Part shown: piece by piece, positions 38,324 through 50,400 of the stretch
How the letters are laid out: each line of letters starts with the position of its first letter
Numbering within the stretch: position 1 is the first letter of the stretch
IMG/VR virus record: IMGVR_UViG_3300032030_002018
Length of the DNA stretch: 64,000 bases
Strand: one strand, 5' to 3'
From: a virus
Lineage: Duplodnaviria > Caudoviricetes
Translations under genes and position numbers: made by a program
The notes under the pieces: generated by a model
Database searches by the model: none
Told to the model about the DNA's origin: nothing
What the model saw: the letters and a program-made list of their open reading frames with translations, nothing else

Positions 38324-41145
38324 CTGTTTTTATCTATATTGGTGTAGTTATCTATATCCTCATCAAAATATATGTCATATGTCTGACCATTAGGCTCATA
38401 TTCAGGCACATTACCGTCTTGGCTTTCTTTTCCAACAACCCTGGGACCATAATATCCATATGGATTTTGCCTTCTAAGGAAGAAATTTATATTGTGTGTC
38501 ACATATATCGCCCCATTTGCAAACGGATGCTCATATCCACCTATTCCATTACTGTCTCCGTGGTCTAAAACCTCTCTCCACACATATTTGCAAGAACCGT
38601 CCTTTGAAAGTTCCGCATAATATGGTGTTGTTTCAGCATCCCTGACACACAATTTAAGGTTTCGTATGTCTGTATAGTCTATAACCTTGTTGTTTTTGTT
38701 GGTTATTGTCACAAGCAATCTTGTGTCACTCAATATGTCATAAACCTCGCATACATAGGTTTCAGAATCATTGAAAGAATATATGTCAAAAACACTACCC
38801 TTTCCAAGGTAACATTCTTCCTTTACACAAACCTCAAACAAAGGCTTACCTTCATTATCATTCCAATATGTTTGTGTTATATATTTCAATGTGTATGTTA
38901 TAGGCTCAGAATTATAAAGGTCGGCGGATAATGTCCTGAATGGTATCCTGTGATGCATCTGATGATAATATCCTTCAATACGCGCATTAGTATTTGCAGT
39001 TATAATACTAAAAGTTTTAACCTCCTTTCTACCGTTCTTTTTTATGCCGAAATCATCGTATTCTATGGTTGACAAGTACTTTTTCGCCTTATCATTTTTT
39101 TTAAGTTCCCTCTGCGCCGTATTGAACCTGTTCTGCATAGTCTGCAATACCTGTTCAAATTTCATATCATCATTATAACAGCATATATCACCGTAGAAAT
39201 TAACAGTATTGTCAAATTCTATCTCATAATTGCTGTCAGCATCCTTATATCCATCCTTGTTTATCCTTCCGATATTATATCCATTCTTCCCTTCGAATGT
39301 GTTTATTGTCCTGATATCAGTAACTCTGCAATGATAAGCCTGGTCTGAAAGCCTGAAAGAACACATATTCGCTCCGAAACAATGCGAATACTCCACATTG
39401 TCAGATTGTATTTCTATTTCCCTGTTATTTATTCCATACCATTCCTTATATCCCTTGTTTCTCTTTGTAACGGTAAGATACAAATCTGTCAAAGGTCTTC
39501 CAAGATTGTCTTTCAATCCGCTTACATCGATATCGTCAGTGAACACTATCTCACTTACACTGTCACCATAAGCATTTGTAGAGAATGACAATTTACTGTT
39601 ATGATTTTCAAACTGATATATCATACTGTCATCCTTTCCAACATATTTCTTATTTGGAATCTTTGAGAATACCCTAACATAATACTTGCATTCAACACCA
39701 TTGTCATCTATTTTCTTAAATGACAAATTCTGTGTCTTGTAATCAACATTTATGTTATTCTCGCCTATATTAACACAATAAGTATTGTTGTTTTTATCAT
39801 ACCAGGAATAATAATCCCTTCTTGTAATTGTTATATCTTCCTTTCCGTTATTGCAATCTATTGACTCAACATCAACACCATCTATTGAAACCCATCTATC
39901 ACTTATTGTGTTATTGTTCTTATATATACAGAATGTATATCTGTCAATAACACTGAACACCTCACAACCATTTATCAATATTTCATCTATATTCTCGTTT
40001 TCCTCATTGATATAACTTGAATATATATTGATTATATCGCCTTCATTCAACCCGTGTTGGCATACACAAAAGAACAATGTCAATTCATCTCCATTCTCAT
40101 TCTTATAGAACGGATTGAAATACAATATTTTAAGAGAATCAATATCACTGTTCAGAAAATCATCAAAACCAACAGTAGTTGAAGAACTTGGATATGTGAT
40201 AGAATAATCCCAGTTATTCTCAACCCTATGTCTTATACTGTTATATTTTGGCACAAAGGAAAACAATGTCCTGTCAGGATACATATCAATGAACTTGTCC
40301 TTGTTTTTTTTACCGTTTATAACACTGTATATATCCAAAGACTCTTCCTCAAAATTATCGAAATTAACATAGTTGGAAGGCATTGAAGACTTGTTGTTAA
40401 ACCCAAACCATCCATTGCTCTCAATCATATTTTTTTCAATTGATTCGTTGAATGTAAGTATGTCGTTTGTTTTGTCATACAACTGAGATGGTGACGGCAC
40501 AAAATACCCACCACTTTCAGGATTCCATTTATTCGTTAACGCACCGTTAACAGCAAGTCCTTCTGAATCCCTTAGGTAATCCCTTATTGTGTTAAAGAAT
40601 CTAGGATTGAATATGTATTCTCCATCTTCATTTTTTTCATATTTTGTCTTACTGGTATATCTGACAGCCTTTGTTGTAATATTTCTCAATATATGGTTGC
40701 TGAATATATCAATTCCACAATGATAATCATATCCACAAGCATCATCCTCTTCATCATCTTTAAGTAATTTAGAATCCCTTGACAATTGTGTGTCTCTTAT
40801 TATGTCAAGATACTTCCAAATATAGTCAGTTCCCTTTCCTATTGAGGTGTTAAATTTTTTTCCATTTGCAAAATAATTAAGACATTCAACTTTATCACTA
40901 CCCTCATTCTTAACAACTTCTGTTATAGGGTTGAACAATGCATTGGTACACACTGAATTAACTGACAAAACAAGCCTTATCCGTTCACACTCATTCCTCT
41001 CCTTAATGTATCTTTCATATATATTCAGAGTATCATAAACGTCAACGGTAGGCATTATTTCCCCATTTCTGCCAAGTGATACGGGAATAAACTTGTTCTT
41101 ATTCACCGACTTCTTGCTCGTCTGTTTGTCCAGTAGAAGTTTCAT
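38317..41145 (-). CDS. Large putative baseplate/tail structural protein
   Basis: 942 aa, in operon; LKDNLGRPLTDLYLT, HPFANG, FFLRRQNP. Confidence 0.65.
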   Translation of the reverse strand: MKLLLDKQTSKKSVNKNKFIPVSLGRNGEIMPTVDVYDTLNIYERYIKERNECERIRLVLSVNSVCTNALFNPITEVVKNEGSDKVECLNYFANGKKFNTSIGKGTDYIWKYLDIIRDTQLSRDSKLLKDDEEDDACGYDYHCGIDIFSNHILRNITTKAVRYTSKTKYEKNEDGEYIFNPRFFNTIRDYLRDSEGLAVNGALTNKWNPESGGYFVPSPSQLYDKTNDILTFNESIEKNMIESNGWFGFNNKSSMPSNYVNFDNFEEESLDIYSVINGKKNKDKFIDMYPDRTLFSFVPKYNSIRHRVENNWDYSITYPSSSTTVGFDDFLNSDIDSLKILYFNPFYKNENGDELTLFFCVCQHGLNEGDIINIYSSYINEENENIDEILINGCEVFSVIDRYTFCIYKNNNTISDRWVSIDGVDVESIDCNNGKEDITITRRDYYSWYDKNNNTYCVNIGENNINVDYKTQNLSFKKIDDNGVECKYYVRVFSKIPNKKYVGKDDSMIYQFENHNSKLSFSTNAYGDSVSEIVFTDDIDVSGLKDNLGRPLTDLYLTVTKRNKGYKEWYGINNREIEIQSDNVEYSHCFGANMCSFRLSDQAYHCRVTDIRTINTFEGKNGYNIGRINKDGYKDADSNYEIEFDNTVNFYGDICCYNDDMKFEQVLQTMQNRFNTAQRELKKNDKAKKYLSTIEYDDFGIKKNGRKEVKTFSIITANTNARIEGYYHQMHHRIPFRTLSADLYNSEPITYTLKYITQTYWNDNEGKPLFEVCVKEECYLGKGSVFDIYSFNDSETYVCEVYDILSDTRLLVTITNKNNKVIDYTDIRNLKLCVRDAETTPYYAELSKDGSCKYVWREVLDHGDSNGIGGYEHPFANGAIYVTHNINFFLRRQNPYGYYGPRVVGKESQDGNVPEYEPNGQTYDIYFDEDIDNYTNIDKNRC

Positions 41146-44100
41146 CCTCCATTTCCTCCTTGTTAATTTTTATAGTGAAAGTCCTCGTGTCTTTATTATC
41201 TCCACATTCTCTTGTTAACGTGATTTCATACTCACCTTCTTCTTCTATATGGAAAGTCAACACTTTATTAACATAATCAAAATCATACGGTTTCGCACCA
41301 GTTTCCTCATCTATCTCACACAATCCATCAATTGGTGATATATCCAATGTGAATGTGGAATCCTCCAAAGACGTGCTTAATATACTTTCGTCAAAATCAA
41401 AATCCGTTAAAGTGACAAACTCAGATTCAACATATAGTCCTGATATTGATATTTTACCATAATAAGGATTTTCCTGTTCCTGACATATGGTATCACCAGT
41501 GTCTGACGGTTCACTTATGTTCTTTGTTGCAAACTCCATAGCCATTTCTATACGATTCAATGGTATATATACCTTTTGTGTATTTCCATATATATCAGAT
41601 ACATATAGTTCGTAATTGCCGAAATCCAAATCGCTGAATTGATGATTTATTTTATCTACTTCATCTGTCGGTACCTCATAAAAACCGTCCATAATAAGTT
41701 TAACGCTATTGTAATCAACTTCTCCGCTTGATATACACTTAACGTCCCAGGATATAACACCCTTATCGCCACATAATGTAGGATTTCGTTCAATTTTATA
41801 TGTTATTCCAAAAGGAAACGAATAGTCAACCTTGCAATCATCAGAGAAATTCTGTTTCAATTCATCCATTGCTGTTGCACCATTATTCAACCCAAAGAAG
41901 AAATAAAACGAGTTCTCATACAAAGGAAACTTATATTTATTATCATTTTTTGTATAAAAATGACGTTTGTTTATGAAATGGTCGTAATATGAATCTTTGT
42001 TATTCCAAGATTTTTTCGCCTTATTCCCACTCCTGTATTGATACAATGCACTATCTTTAAATTCAGAATACACTAAATCATAGTCTTCATCTTCCCAAAA
42101 TTTGCTGCTTAATCCGCCAGTTCTGAACAATAAATAATCATTATCCCTGTTCTCAGTTATCAATATATCATCTTTATAATCTGATACTGCGTTTCCATCT
42201 ATAAATGAACGCAATCTGGCATCAAAATTAACCTGGTAATTATATCCAATGTTATACCTTTTATATCCAGTGAATTTATCATTAGCGATACCAACTAATC
42301 TTGAACTATTCAATGATGCAAACATAGAACGTATGTCGCTGTTTGATATTTCATCAGATGTAATCAAACCATCAACAACACGTCTGTTTTTATTTTCACC
42401 CGTATTATTAATTTCATCTGAATTTTTTGGCAAATACATCTGTGTATCATTCGTAACACCAAGTTCACATATCCTTTCAACATTTACGCAAGTTTTCCTA
42501 ACCGTTCTCACAACTAATGTATGACTTGCATCACCATAGTTATAAGACTCCCATCTAACAGCAACGCCAAAAAATAAACCCGTGTCAAATTTAACCCTGT
42601 TCCATTCAGTTTTTTCTGTATCTCCCCAGTTCATACCATTTATAATGCTTTCATAAACATCATAAGTACTGCTACCACTTGTTCTATCTTCAGGTTTAGG
42701 TGATGTTGAATGTACGGAAATAGAAGGTGGTATATTGCTTGTTGAAGACGGCATTTGATTATTGAACTTTGGTATTCCAAATATGTTGTATTCTGACAAA
42801 TTGCCCAACAATATTATATCTGTTGAAAACAAACGAACGTAAGAATTTTCACCATTTGTCCCACAAGAATAATAATAACATATTGTGCCATCTGAATTTT
42901 GATGCAACTGTATTATTCCATTCTTAATATTTATTGTTTCTTTTTCAAGGTCAAATCTCTTTTTGTCATCACTATCACTGGTGTATTGAAAATCATCATT
43001 GTCGTAACCAATAGAACAAGAATCAATAAGGACAATATTCATATTTTTGTCGGGTTGCTTCTGACATTCACAGAACTTTTCCTCAAATGTTTTTTCTCCT
43101 TCATTATAGTTTTTCTTAAGCCTATTCCTGAAATACCATAACGGAAAATATAAACAGCCATTCACCCAATCATTGTAGAAATCAAGACCAACAGAATCTG
43201 ATTCATTCATAACAGACGAAAAAATCTCATTTGTATTATAACCAAATGAACTGTAATTCATTACGTCCCATCGGTCTTCTTTTGTTGCTGGTGGTCTATT
43301 TCCTTGGTAAGCATCCCATATGTTGTTAGCGACATTCCTATAATACTCCCTGTGTATGTTATTCAACCTTATCCTATTAAAAGGGAATGGATTCTTGTCT
43401 TCTGTAACTCCAATGTTTATATCCTTTATACCAGTTCTTTCAGGAGTTACTGTTTTATTTCCGCTTTGAACACGTGGGATATAACTTTTGACAGAATATA
43501 CATTGTTCCAATACAAATCCCTGAAGCAATTGTCTGGTGTTGCCGAACCGAAATGATACAAATCCTCAAGTGAATAATCGTCATACAGTTTAGGTATGAC
43601 CTCATTCTCTTTCAAAAAAGGATTGCAAGGAACAAGGTATCTAGCCTGATGATGCGTCGAAAGTTCATCACCATTCTCACTCAATGTTATTCTGAACCTT
43701 ACAGAAGTCCTTGTCGGTATTCCTTTTGTAGGGTCATTAACAGGAACAATATTACCATATTCATCCATACCGACATAATCAAGGTTCATAGGTATCTGAT
43801 AACACCATACACCGTTTGAATCAATAAGTTGGTTTCCCTTGATTGAAAACTCCTCTATATTACCATAAGGTGTTTTCCTTATCATCTCGATAGTACCCTC
43901 AGATGTTGTGAGCTGCGAGAAAATACCACAATTCGCATTTGGTACACAGTCCTGTGATATGAAGTTATCACTGTTATCAGTTACAATAGAACCCATAAAC
44001 ACACAGGTTGTCTCAAAAGAATACTGTATGTCAATGTCCTTCCTTGTGATAGCGACATCATCAGACGATTCATCTCCACAGAACGGATATACATTGATAG

Positions 44101-44755
44101 CCTCATTCTGAGAGAACACCTGCGCAAGTGATGACAAATCCGTTGCGCTTTTGAATTTTGACGGACTTTCAAATTGATTTATATTATACCCCTTGTATAT
44201 TAAATCACGAGGTTTTTGAGATAACAGTCCGATATCAGACAAATCAATGTCAATATGGATTGTATAATTTCCAGTTGGAACTCCAAAAATCATATAATCA
44301 CCTGATTTATTGGTAGTTGTAGTATATTTCCAATATTTTTCATATATTTCAATGACGGTATCATTATCCAATACCATTCTCTTGCTTGGAAATGTTCCAA
44401 CTGGTTGAAAACAGGCATCTGAATTGTTTTCCATTGGAAGTAGATTATATGCTATCCCACTTCCGTCCCTATCTGTAACAGAGTGATATGGATAATAATG
44501 GACAATATCACTTCTTACAGAATCAGCATCAGACAATGGAACGAATATGGACACTTTTGCATTTGGTATTCCAAACGCCTTGTTTGCAAGCACTCTACCG
44601 ACGACAATTCCATATCCAGACCTTTGCGCTTGATAAGCTTGTGATTGTCTGAGAGTTAATGAAAGCATTTCGTATAGATTAACGCCTTGTTTAAGTTGAA
44701 ATCTAACTGCTTGGTTTTCTCCTATTCTTGTATGTATCCTAATATTCTTTTCCAT
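41099..44755 (-). CDS. Large putative baseplate protein with N-terminal carboxypeptidase-regulatory/Cna-B-like beta sandwich
   Basis: 1218 aa; GIVVGRV..GIPNAKVSIF..TTTNKSGDYMIFGVPTGNY; follows the gp6-like gene. Confidence 0.7.
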   Translation of the reverse strand: MEKNIRIHTRIGENQAVRFQLKQGVNLYEMLSLTLRQSQAYQAQRSGYGIVVGRVLANKAFGIPNAKVSIFVPLSDADSVRSDIVHYYPYHSVTDRDGSGIAYNLLPMENNSDACFQPVGTFPSKRMVLDNDTVIEIYEKYWKYTTTTNKSGDYMIFGVPTGNYTIHIDIDLSDIGLLSQKPRDLIYKGYNINQFESPSKFKSATDLSSLAQVFSQNEAINVYPFCGDESSDDVAITRKDIDIQYSFETTCVFMGSIVTDNSDNFISQDCVPNANCGIFSQLTTSEGTIEMIRKTPYGNIEEFSIKGNQLIDSNGVWCYQIPMNLDYVGMDEYGNIVPVNDPTKGIPTRTSVRFRITLSENGDELSTHHQARYLVPCNPFLKENEVIPKLYDDYSLEDLYHFGSATPDNCFRDLYWNNVYSVKSYIPRVQSGNKTVTPERTGIKDINIGVTEDKNPFPFNRIRLNNIHREYYRNVANNIWDAYQGNRPPATKEDRWDVMNYSSFGYNTNEIFSSVMNESDSVGLDFYNDWVNGCLYFPLWYFRNRLKKNYNEGEKTFEEKFCECQKQPDKNMNIVLIDSCSIGYDNDDFQYTSDSDDKKRFDLEKETINIKNGIIQLHQNSDGTICYYYSCGTNGENSYVRLFSTDIILLGNLSEYNIFGIPKFNNQMPSSTSNIPPSISVHSTSPKPEDRTSGSSTYDVYESIINGMNWGDTEKTEWNRVKFDTGLFFGVAVRWESYNYGDASHTLVVRTVRKTCVNVERICELGVTNDTQMYLPKNSDEINNTGENKNRRVVDGLITSDEISNSDIRSMFASLNSSRLVGIANDKFTGYKRYNIGYNYQVNFDARLRSFIDGNAVSDYKDDILITENRDNDYLLFRTGGLSSKFWEDEDYDLVYSEFKDSALYQYRSGNKAKKSWNNKDSYYDHFINKRHFYTKNDNKYKFPLYENSFYFFFGLNNGATAMDELKQNFSDDCKVDYSFPFGITYKIERNPTLCGDKGVISWDVKCISSGEVDYNSVKLIMDGFYEVPTDEVDKINHQFSDLDFGNYELYVSDIYGNTQKVYIPLNRIEMAMEFATKNISEPSDTGDTICQEQENPYYGKISISGLYVESEFVTLTDFDFDESILSTSLEDSTFTLDISPIDGLCEIDEETGAKPYDFDYVNKVLTFHIEEEGEYEITLTRECGDNKDTRTFTIKINKEEMEDETSTGQTDEQEVGE

Positions 44756-44975
44756 TCATAAAACAGTCTATTTTGTTTAGAACCCACTTTGGAATTGAGG
44801 GTCTAAGCTCATTTTTCCTGATGAAATTATACAATGCTGTGAATGTGAAAAATGTTTGGAATACCAAATATCCAATCACAACTTTAGTCTTATAAAACCA
44901 TCCAATTCCTTGTTTTTTCTTTAATTCACTTTCAAGTTCATTCACCGTATTTACTTTCTTACAGTTACAGGACAT
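44739..44975 (-). CDS. Small CxC protein with one TM segment
   Basis: MSCNCKK..; 78 aa; tight operon spacing. Confidence 0.65.
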   Translation of the reverse strand: MSCNCKKVNTVNELESELKKKQGIGWFYKTKVVIGYLVFQTFFTFTALYNFIRKNELRPSIPKWVLNKIDCFMNGKEY

Positions 44976-44976
44976 A

Positions 44977-46977
44977 TTATTTAACTTTCACTCTAATACT
45001 TATGTCATTTGGATTAAGAATCTCAAACATTGAGTTATATTCTCCATATAGCACTCTGTCTATCGCGTCAAGGTCAATCTCATATGACTTCGCACCTTCA
45101 GGCGTCTTGAAATCGCTGTCAACATAAGGCATACACCCATCATTGTAAACCTTCTCCGGGAATGGACATCTGTCACTGCTGTAACTTCCGTCGTATATGT
45201 TGAACACCTTTATTGAAATCAAACTTATCACACCGTCAATCATAGTAATCTCCTTCTCCAAATCACCTATGAATATATCGTCACCCATATCCCTTCTGTT
45301 TATGTCCATATAGTTCCTTATTGTAGCCACAATTGTAGAAAGGACTGTCGCTGAATCATAATTCTTGCTTATGAACACGTCAACGAAGAAACCTATGTTG
45401 TATATCTTTCCGCTTCTTATCTCAATATAATCATTGATTGACTTGTAATGTGACATCCATTCCACTATATTGTCAGCAAGCGTAGAAGGAAGGTACTTGT
45501 TCAGTTTTCCTGTAGGTGTTATACCTAACAAACTGAACAATATCTTATTATTGTCCTCAATAACACTGTTTCTGAATGGCGCACCGTATTTTGGCGGCAT
45601 CTGCATCATCTTAACCTTATAATCCTTCAATGTCACGCATCTATCTTGTGCAGATGTGTTGTACTTCATAAGATATTTAATCTCATCATTTGAAGGGAAA
45701 CTCTTGCCGGCTACTGATGGACTTGCGTTATATACCCTCAAAGAGTTGATTACCTGCCCCTTTTTCCTTGAATTAAGCCCTATGTCATTCTTGAATTCAT
45801 AGGTTATTAGACCAAATCCGTTTATTGAGCCAGCAGCTAAATTAGTTTCAATTCCACCCCCAACACGATACATTATATACATTGTCCATCCTTCTCTAGG
45901 GATAACACCCAACATATCATTGTTGACAATCTTTGATACCCTGTATTGAGCGTATTTTGACAAATCAGATGGCATCTCATCGTAAGCAACTCCACTTCCG
46001 AATATAACTTTCAGATAACCGTTATCAGTATATTCTGTTATGAATTTCTGTTTCAATGGTTTCCATTCGCCTCTGTAAATCCTTGTTGTTCTTGTACTTC
46101 CACTATCATAAGATTCTGTAAAGTCATCATATATTTCCGGATTGTATATATCTTTAATAATGGTATCATCAATATTAGTTGCGCTTCCAAAACGATATTG
46201 GTCAGCCAAAGAATCTGTTTCAAAGAATCTATATGTCGTTATGTCCTCAGATGATAACTTATACTCCTCTGCGTCAAAATAAAAGTCTTGAATCATAGGG
46301 TCTTCCGATATGTTCGCTGATTCCTTACATATAACAGATTCAACATTCATAACATTTTCGTCAGGCAATACAATCTCCATAAAAGGCTTTATGTCGTTAC
46401 GCATAAGAACCTTCTTGTATATCTTTGTGGTACCATTGACAGCCACAACGCTTTTTGTTATTGTATAACTTGTTATTGAGCCGTTGTTATTTCTGTTAGG
46501 CGCAAAAGTCCTGTTCGAAAATCCCTCTGAGTTGAACTGTGAGCCAAAATCAACGTCCTCTGATAGTTGGAAGTTATAATTGCCTGCCGTTACAACTGTT
46601 GCCCTCTTTAATATTGGAGCATAAGACCAATCAGGTTGTGATATATTCTTACTGTTCACGTCAACGACACAACTTATCCTAACCTCACACATACTTGCCT
46701 TTGGACCTGGTATTTTGAAACCATTAGTACGTGCTATGTTCATAACAGAACTCCTCAAATTAGCACTGTTTATGTTTGTTTCCTGCGCCATTCTGTCTAT
46801 GTGATAACTAAGGTTGTCCGCAACAGATGAGACCAAATCAATAAACCACGAACCGACACTGCTGTCGTTGAATGTGGTTGCCATATTAGGATAATACTTG
46901 TTGCTGAAATTAATCAACTCAGATTTATAATCATCAAACGTCCTTGCCAAATAATTTATCTTCTTGTTCATTTTCAA
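44977..46977 (-). CDS. Baseplate wedge protein (T4 gp6 / baseplate J-like)
   Basis: INYLARTFDDYKSELI, VADNLSYHID..QE, FGSG, YRVGGG, AQDRCVTLKDY. Confidence 0.9.
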   Translation of the reverse strand: MKMNKKINYLARTFDDYKSELINFSNKYYPNMATTFNDSSVGSWFIDLVSSVADNLSYHIDRMAQETNINSANLRSSVMNIARTNGFKIPGPKASMCEVRISCVVDVNSKNISQPDWSYAPILKRATVVTAGNYNFQLSEDVDFGSQFNSEGFSNRTFAPNRNNNGSITSYTITKSVVAVNGTTKIYKKVLMRNDIKPFMEIVLPDENVMNVESVICKESANISEDPMIQDFYFDAEEYKLSSEDITTYRFFETDSLADQYRFGSATNIDDTIIKDIYNPEIYDDFTESYDSGSTRTTRIYRGEWKPLKQKFITEYTDNGYLKVIFGSGVAYDEMPSDLSKYAQYRVSKIVNNDMLGVIPREGWTMYIMYRVGGGIETNLAAGSINGFGLITYEFKNDIGLNSRKKGQVINSLRVYNASPSVAGKSFPSNDEIKYLMKYNTSAQDRCVTLKDYKVKMMQMPPKYGAPFRNSVIEDNNKILFSLLGITPTGKLNKYLPSTLADNIVEWMSHYKSINDYIEIRSGKIYNIGFFVDVFISKNYDSATVLSTIVATIRNYMDINRRDMGDDIFIGDLEKEITMIDGVISLISIKVFNIYDGSYSSDRCPFPEKVYNDGCMPYVDSDFKTPEGAKSYEIDLDAIDRVLYGEYNSMFEILNPNDISIRVKVK

Positions 46978-46986
46978 ATGTTTTTT

Positions 46987-47376
46987 TTATAGTTCAACTG
47001 AAATACTGTCGCTTTCAGATGAATTTCCATTTATCAATTTATAATCAATCCTGACATATATCAAGTGGTCATTGCTCTCATCCTGAATGACTTTTACGTC
47101 ATCGATAGCAACATTGTTCACATATTTTGCCACAGATTCCTTAATCTCATTCTTTACACCCTCCCAGCTGTCACTGTTATTGTTGTCAAATATATACTTT
47201 ATCAAATCCGTTCCAAATTCAGGATTCCTTAGCCTCTGACCTTTTGGAGTGAATATGACGTGCATAATCTGACCTCTTACACGACTTTTCATAGTGTTGC
47301 ATAAGTCAACAAAGTAATTCTCTTCATTCTTCGCAGTGAAAGGATATTTTATACCATAATATTGTTTTTGCGCCAT
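46987..47376 (-). CDS. Baseplate wedge protein gp25-like (GPW_gp25)
   Basis: GIKYPF..IFTPKGQRLRNPEFGTDLIKYIFD. Confidence 0.92.
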   Translation of the reverse strand: MAQKQYYGIKYPFTAKNEENYFVDLCNTMKSRVRGQIMHVIFTPKGQRLRNPEFGTDLIKYIFDNNNSDSWEGVKNEIKESVAKYVNNVAIDDVKVIQDESNDHLIYVRIDYKLINGNSSESDSISVEL

Positions 47377-47441
47377 CCTAATTAAAAAGATTTATCACAT
47401 ATAATTACCTAAAAAATAACTTTTTTATCATTTTTTTAAAC

Positions 47442-47468
47442 AAAAAAAGGTGACTATGCAGCCACCTT
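47442..47468 (-). terminator. Intrinsic terminator after LRR gene
   Basis: Minus strand AAGGTGGCT-GCAT-AGTCACCTTTTTTT. Confidence 0.8.
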
Positions 47469-47489
47469 GTTAAAATCACACTAAAATAT

Positions 47490-50400
47490 TCACGAACCAT
47501 ATCCTTCAATATAGTCAGCGTACACACTCCATCCTTCTGCTTGCTTATAAGCGTCAACAGCTTCATAAGGCACTAATATCCTCATACCTTCCACACTTGT
47601 ATCAAAAGTTCCACTTCCAACAGTAACAGAATCTGGTTCATCTGATACCATCCTTATATTCACAAGATGCGAACAACCATTGAAGGCATTGTCACCAATA
47701 CTTGTAACACTGTTTGGTATTGTAACGTCTGTTATTCCTTCACATCCTTGGAATGCTGCGTTATTTATCGTAACTAATCCATCAGCAAGAGACAACGACG
47801 TTAATGTTGCGATATCCTTAAAAGCTGATACACCAATACTCTTAGCCTTTATGTTAACTCCACGCAATTTTGTCCCAACAAACACGCTTTCTCCAATACC
47901 GTTTGAAACCATTCCATTGAATGTAACAGAAGAAAGACTATCGCATCCGTTAAACGCATAATTTCCTATTGTTGTAGTTCCATTCGGTATCACAACGCTT
48001 TTTATTCCAATACATCCATCAAACGCGTTGTTTCCAATTGTTGAAACTTTACCAGCTAATGTCAGTGATGATATTCCTGTACATCCGCTGAATACTCCAT
48101 TACTTATAGAATGGCTTGATATGCTCACTGATTTCAATGACGTTCTGCCTTGAAGTGTATTTCCGCTTATAATTCCAGGGTCATTGTCTTTTCCTGATAC
48201 AGTAAAAGCCGACAATCCCGTCATAGGTGCAAGAACCCCAATATTGAAACCACTGTCACCACTGATTTTAAGGTTTGTACTAAATCTCTTGACATTGTTA
48301 CATCCGTTAAACGCCGATGTTGAGATTTGCCTTGAATTATAATAACTAGACGCATTCAGAGTTATAGAAGAAATATTTGTGCAATTAGCGAACGCATTGC
48401 TGTCTATTTTCTTTATATGAGGCAAATTCAAAGTTGTTATAGTATTATTATTGGCGAAAGCATTTGAACTTATACTTGAAACACTTGACAATGAACCACT
48501 TGTGAAAACAGCGTTTGTATCACCTGAAAATGCGGCGTTTCCAATGCTTATGTATTTATTTTGCGGCACGGATATTGTTACACTTGAAAGGTTATTACAG
48601 TTACTGAAAGCAGCATTTCCTATTTCATTTGAAATGTTTGTGATAACCATTGATGTCAATGAGGAGCAGTTACTGAACGCTCCTTCCCCAATAGTACTTG
48701 CCTGTGTCGTTGCGCTTACGATACCATTACATCCTTTGAATGCGTTTCTTCCAATACCGCCTGTAACGCCTGATATATCAGGTTTGACAAGGCTTGTACA
48801 ACCTTCAAACGCTGATTCATTTACATTTATTCTACCAGTAATTCTTAGATAGTCAATTTCAGTACATCCACTAAAAGCAGACTTTCCAATATTTTGGTTG
48901 CCAACTGTAACTTTCTGTATTGAAGTGTTTCCCTTGAATGCGTTCTGATTGATACTACCACTACCACCGATAAATACCGTGTTAAGCCGTGTCATCGCTG
49001 AAAATGAGTTCTCCGCGAAAGAAGACATATCGCTATAACAAGTAAACGATGTGACACCGCTACATCCGTGGAACACTCCTGACCCAACAGTTGTTAATTT
49101 GTCACCTACATATATATTATTAACACCGCTACAGTTATAGAAAGCACCCTCTTTTAGACTGCTTATATTGTGCAAGTTTAAATCAGTCAATTTAGAACAA
49201 TCTTCAAACGCCCTTTCGTTAATCCATTGAATCTGTTCAAAATCGAATATTTCAAGATTTACACATCCTGCAAATGCGGCTGTATCCACACCAACAAGTG
49301 TATTGTTCTTTTTATTTACACTTGGGGTTATGTCAACTTCTGTAAGTGCTGTGCATCCGCTGAATGAATTTGCACCGAATTTCCTTAACGGATTTTCAAA
49401 TGAATCTGTATATTTGTTCACAAAATCCCAATCACCTCCGTTTGAGTCAAATGGAACTGTGACTTTTGTTACGCCAGTGTTTCCTTTGAAACACACGTCC
49501 TTTACCTCGTTCTCTGTAAGGCAGAAATTAACACAATTGCTGCCGCTTTGTGGGAACTTGAAATACGTGCTGCCAGTTTCAGACGGTGTATGCGCAACCC
49601 TATTAAGGCTGTATTTCCATACATTTGTATTTGCGTTGTTATTAAGTATGAGATAGTCAACGTTTTTTGTCGGAACATTATATGTAATGCCAATCAAAGA
49701 CATCTTCATAACATCTGATTCAGATATTGTGATAGGTGATTTCAAGTGTTCCTCAATAAGTGACAACTGTGAATTAGCACAAGATGTCGCGTCGTTTCCA
49801 CTACCACCTATAAGAAGTGTGTTGTATTTATCATCCAGGTCTATGAGAAGCGATTCTATTCCACCTTGTACTGTTTCATTTGTAGTTACAGATTCTGCAA
49901 CACCCTTTATCATCCAATTTGGTATAATCTTTTTAGCCTTCAACACGAATTCATCATACGAAAGGTCTTCTTTGCCAATTATGTTCCTCAATGCGTTGTC
50001 AGCCAATGCGAAAAGATACTCAGTATATGTCATACTTATGTTTGGCGCAATCACCTTATATGGTTTCAACCCTTCCATCTTGTCACCGTCAGAAATCAGT
50101 GTGTCAAGATAATATGTTGTATTTGGAGAACATTCATTGTCCATAACAACAGTTATCTGTGGCATAAAATCCTCATCTGAAATCGCCCAAATACCGCATT
50201 CGTCATTGTCCTGAGATGTTGAAATTCTGTATATCACATCACCCCTGACAAAATAGAACCTCTTCATAACATTGGTTGAAAGTGTCGGCATATAAGCCTT
50301 GCCGTATGAAATAGAAGGTTCTATACCAGGTTCTCTGTTGTTCTCATCCTCTATAAATTGTCTTATCTTGTCCTCGCCGCTTTTCTTCAACATCTTGTTG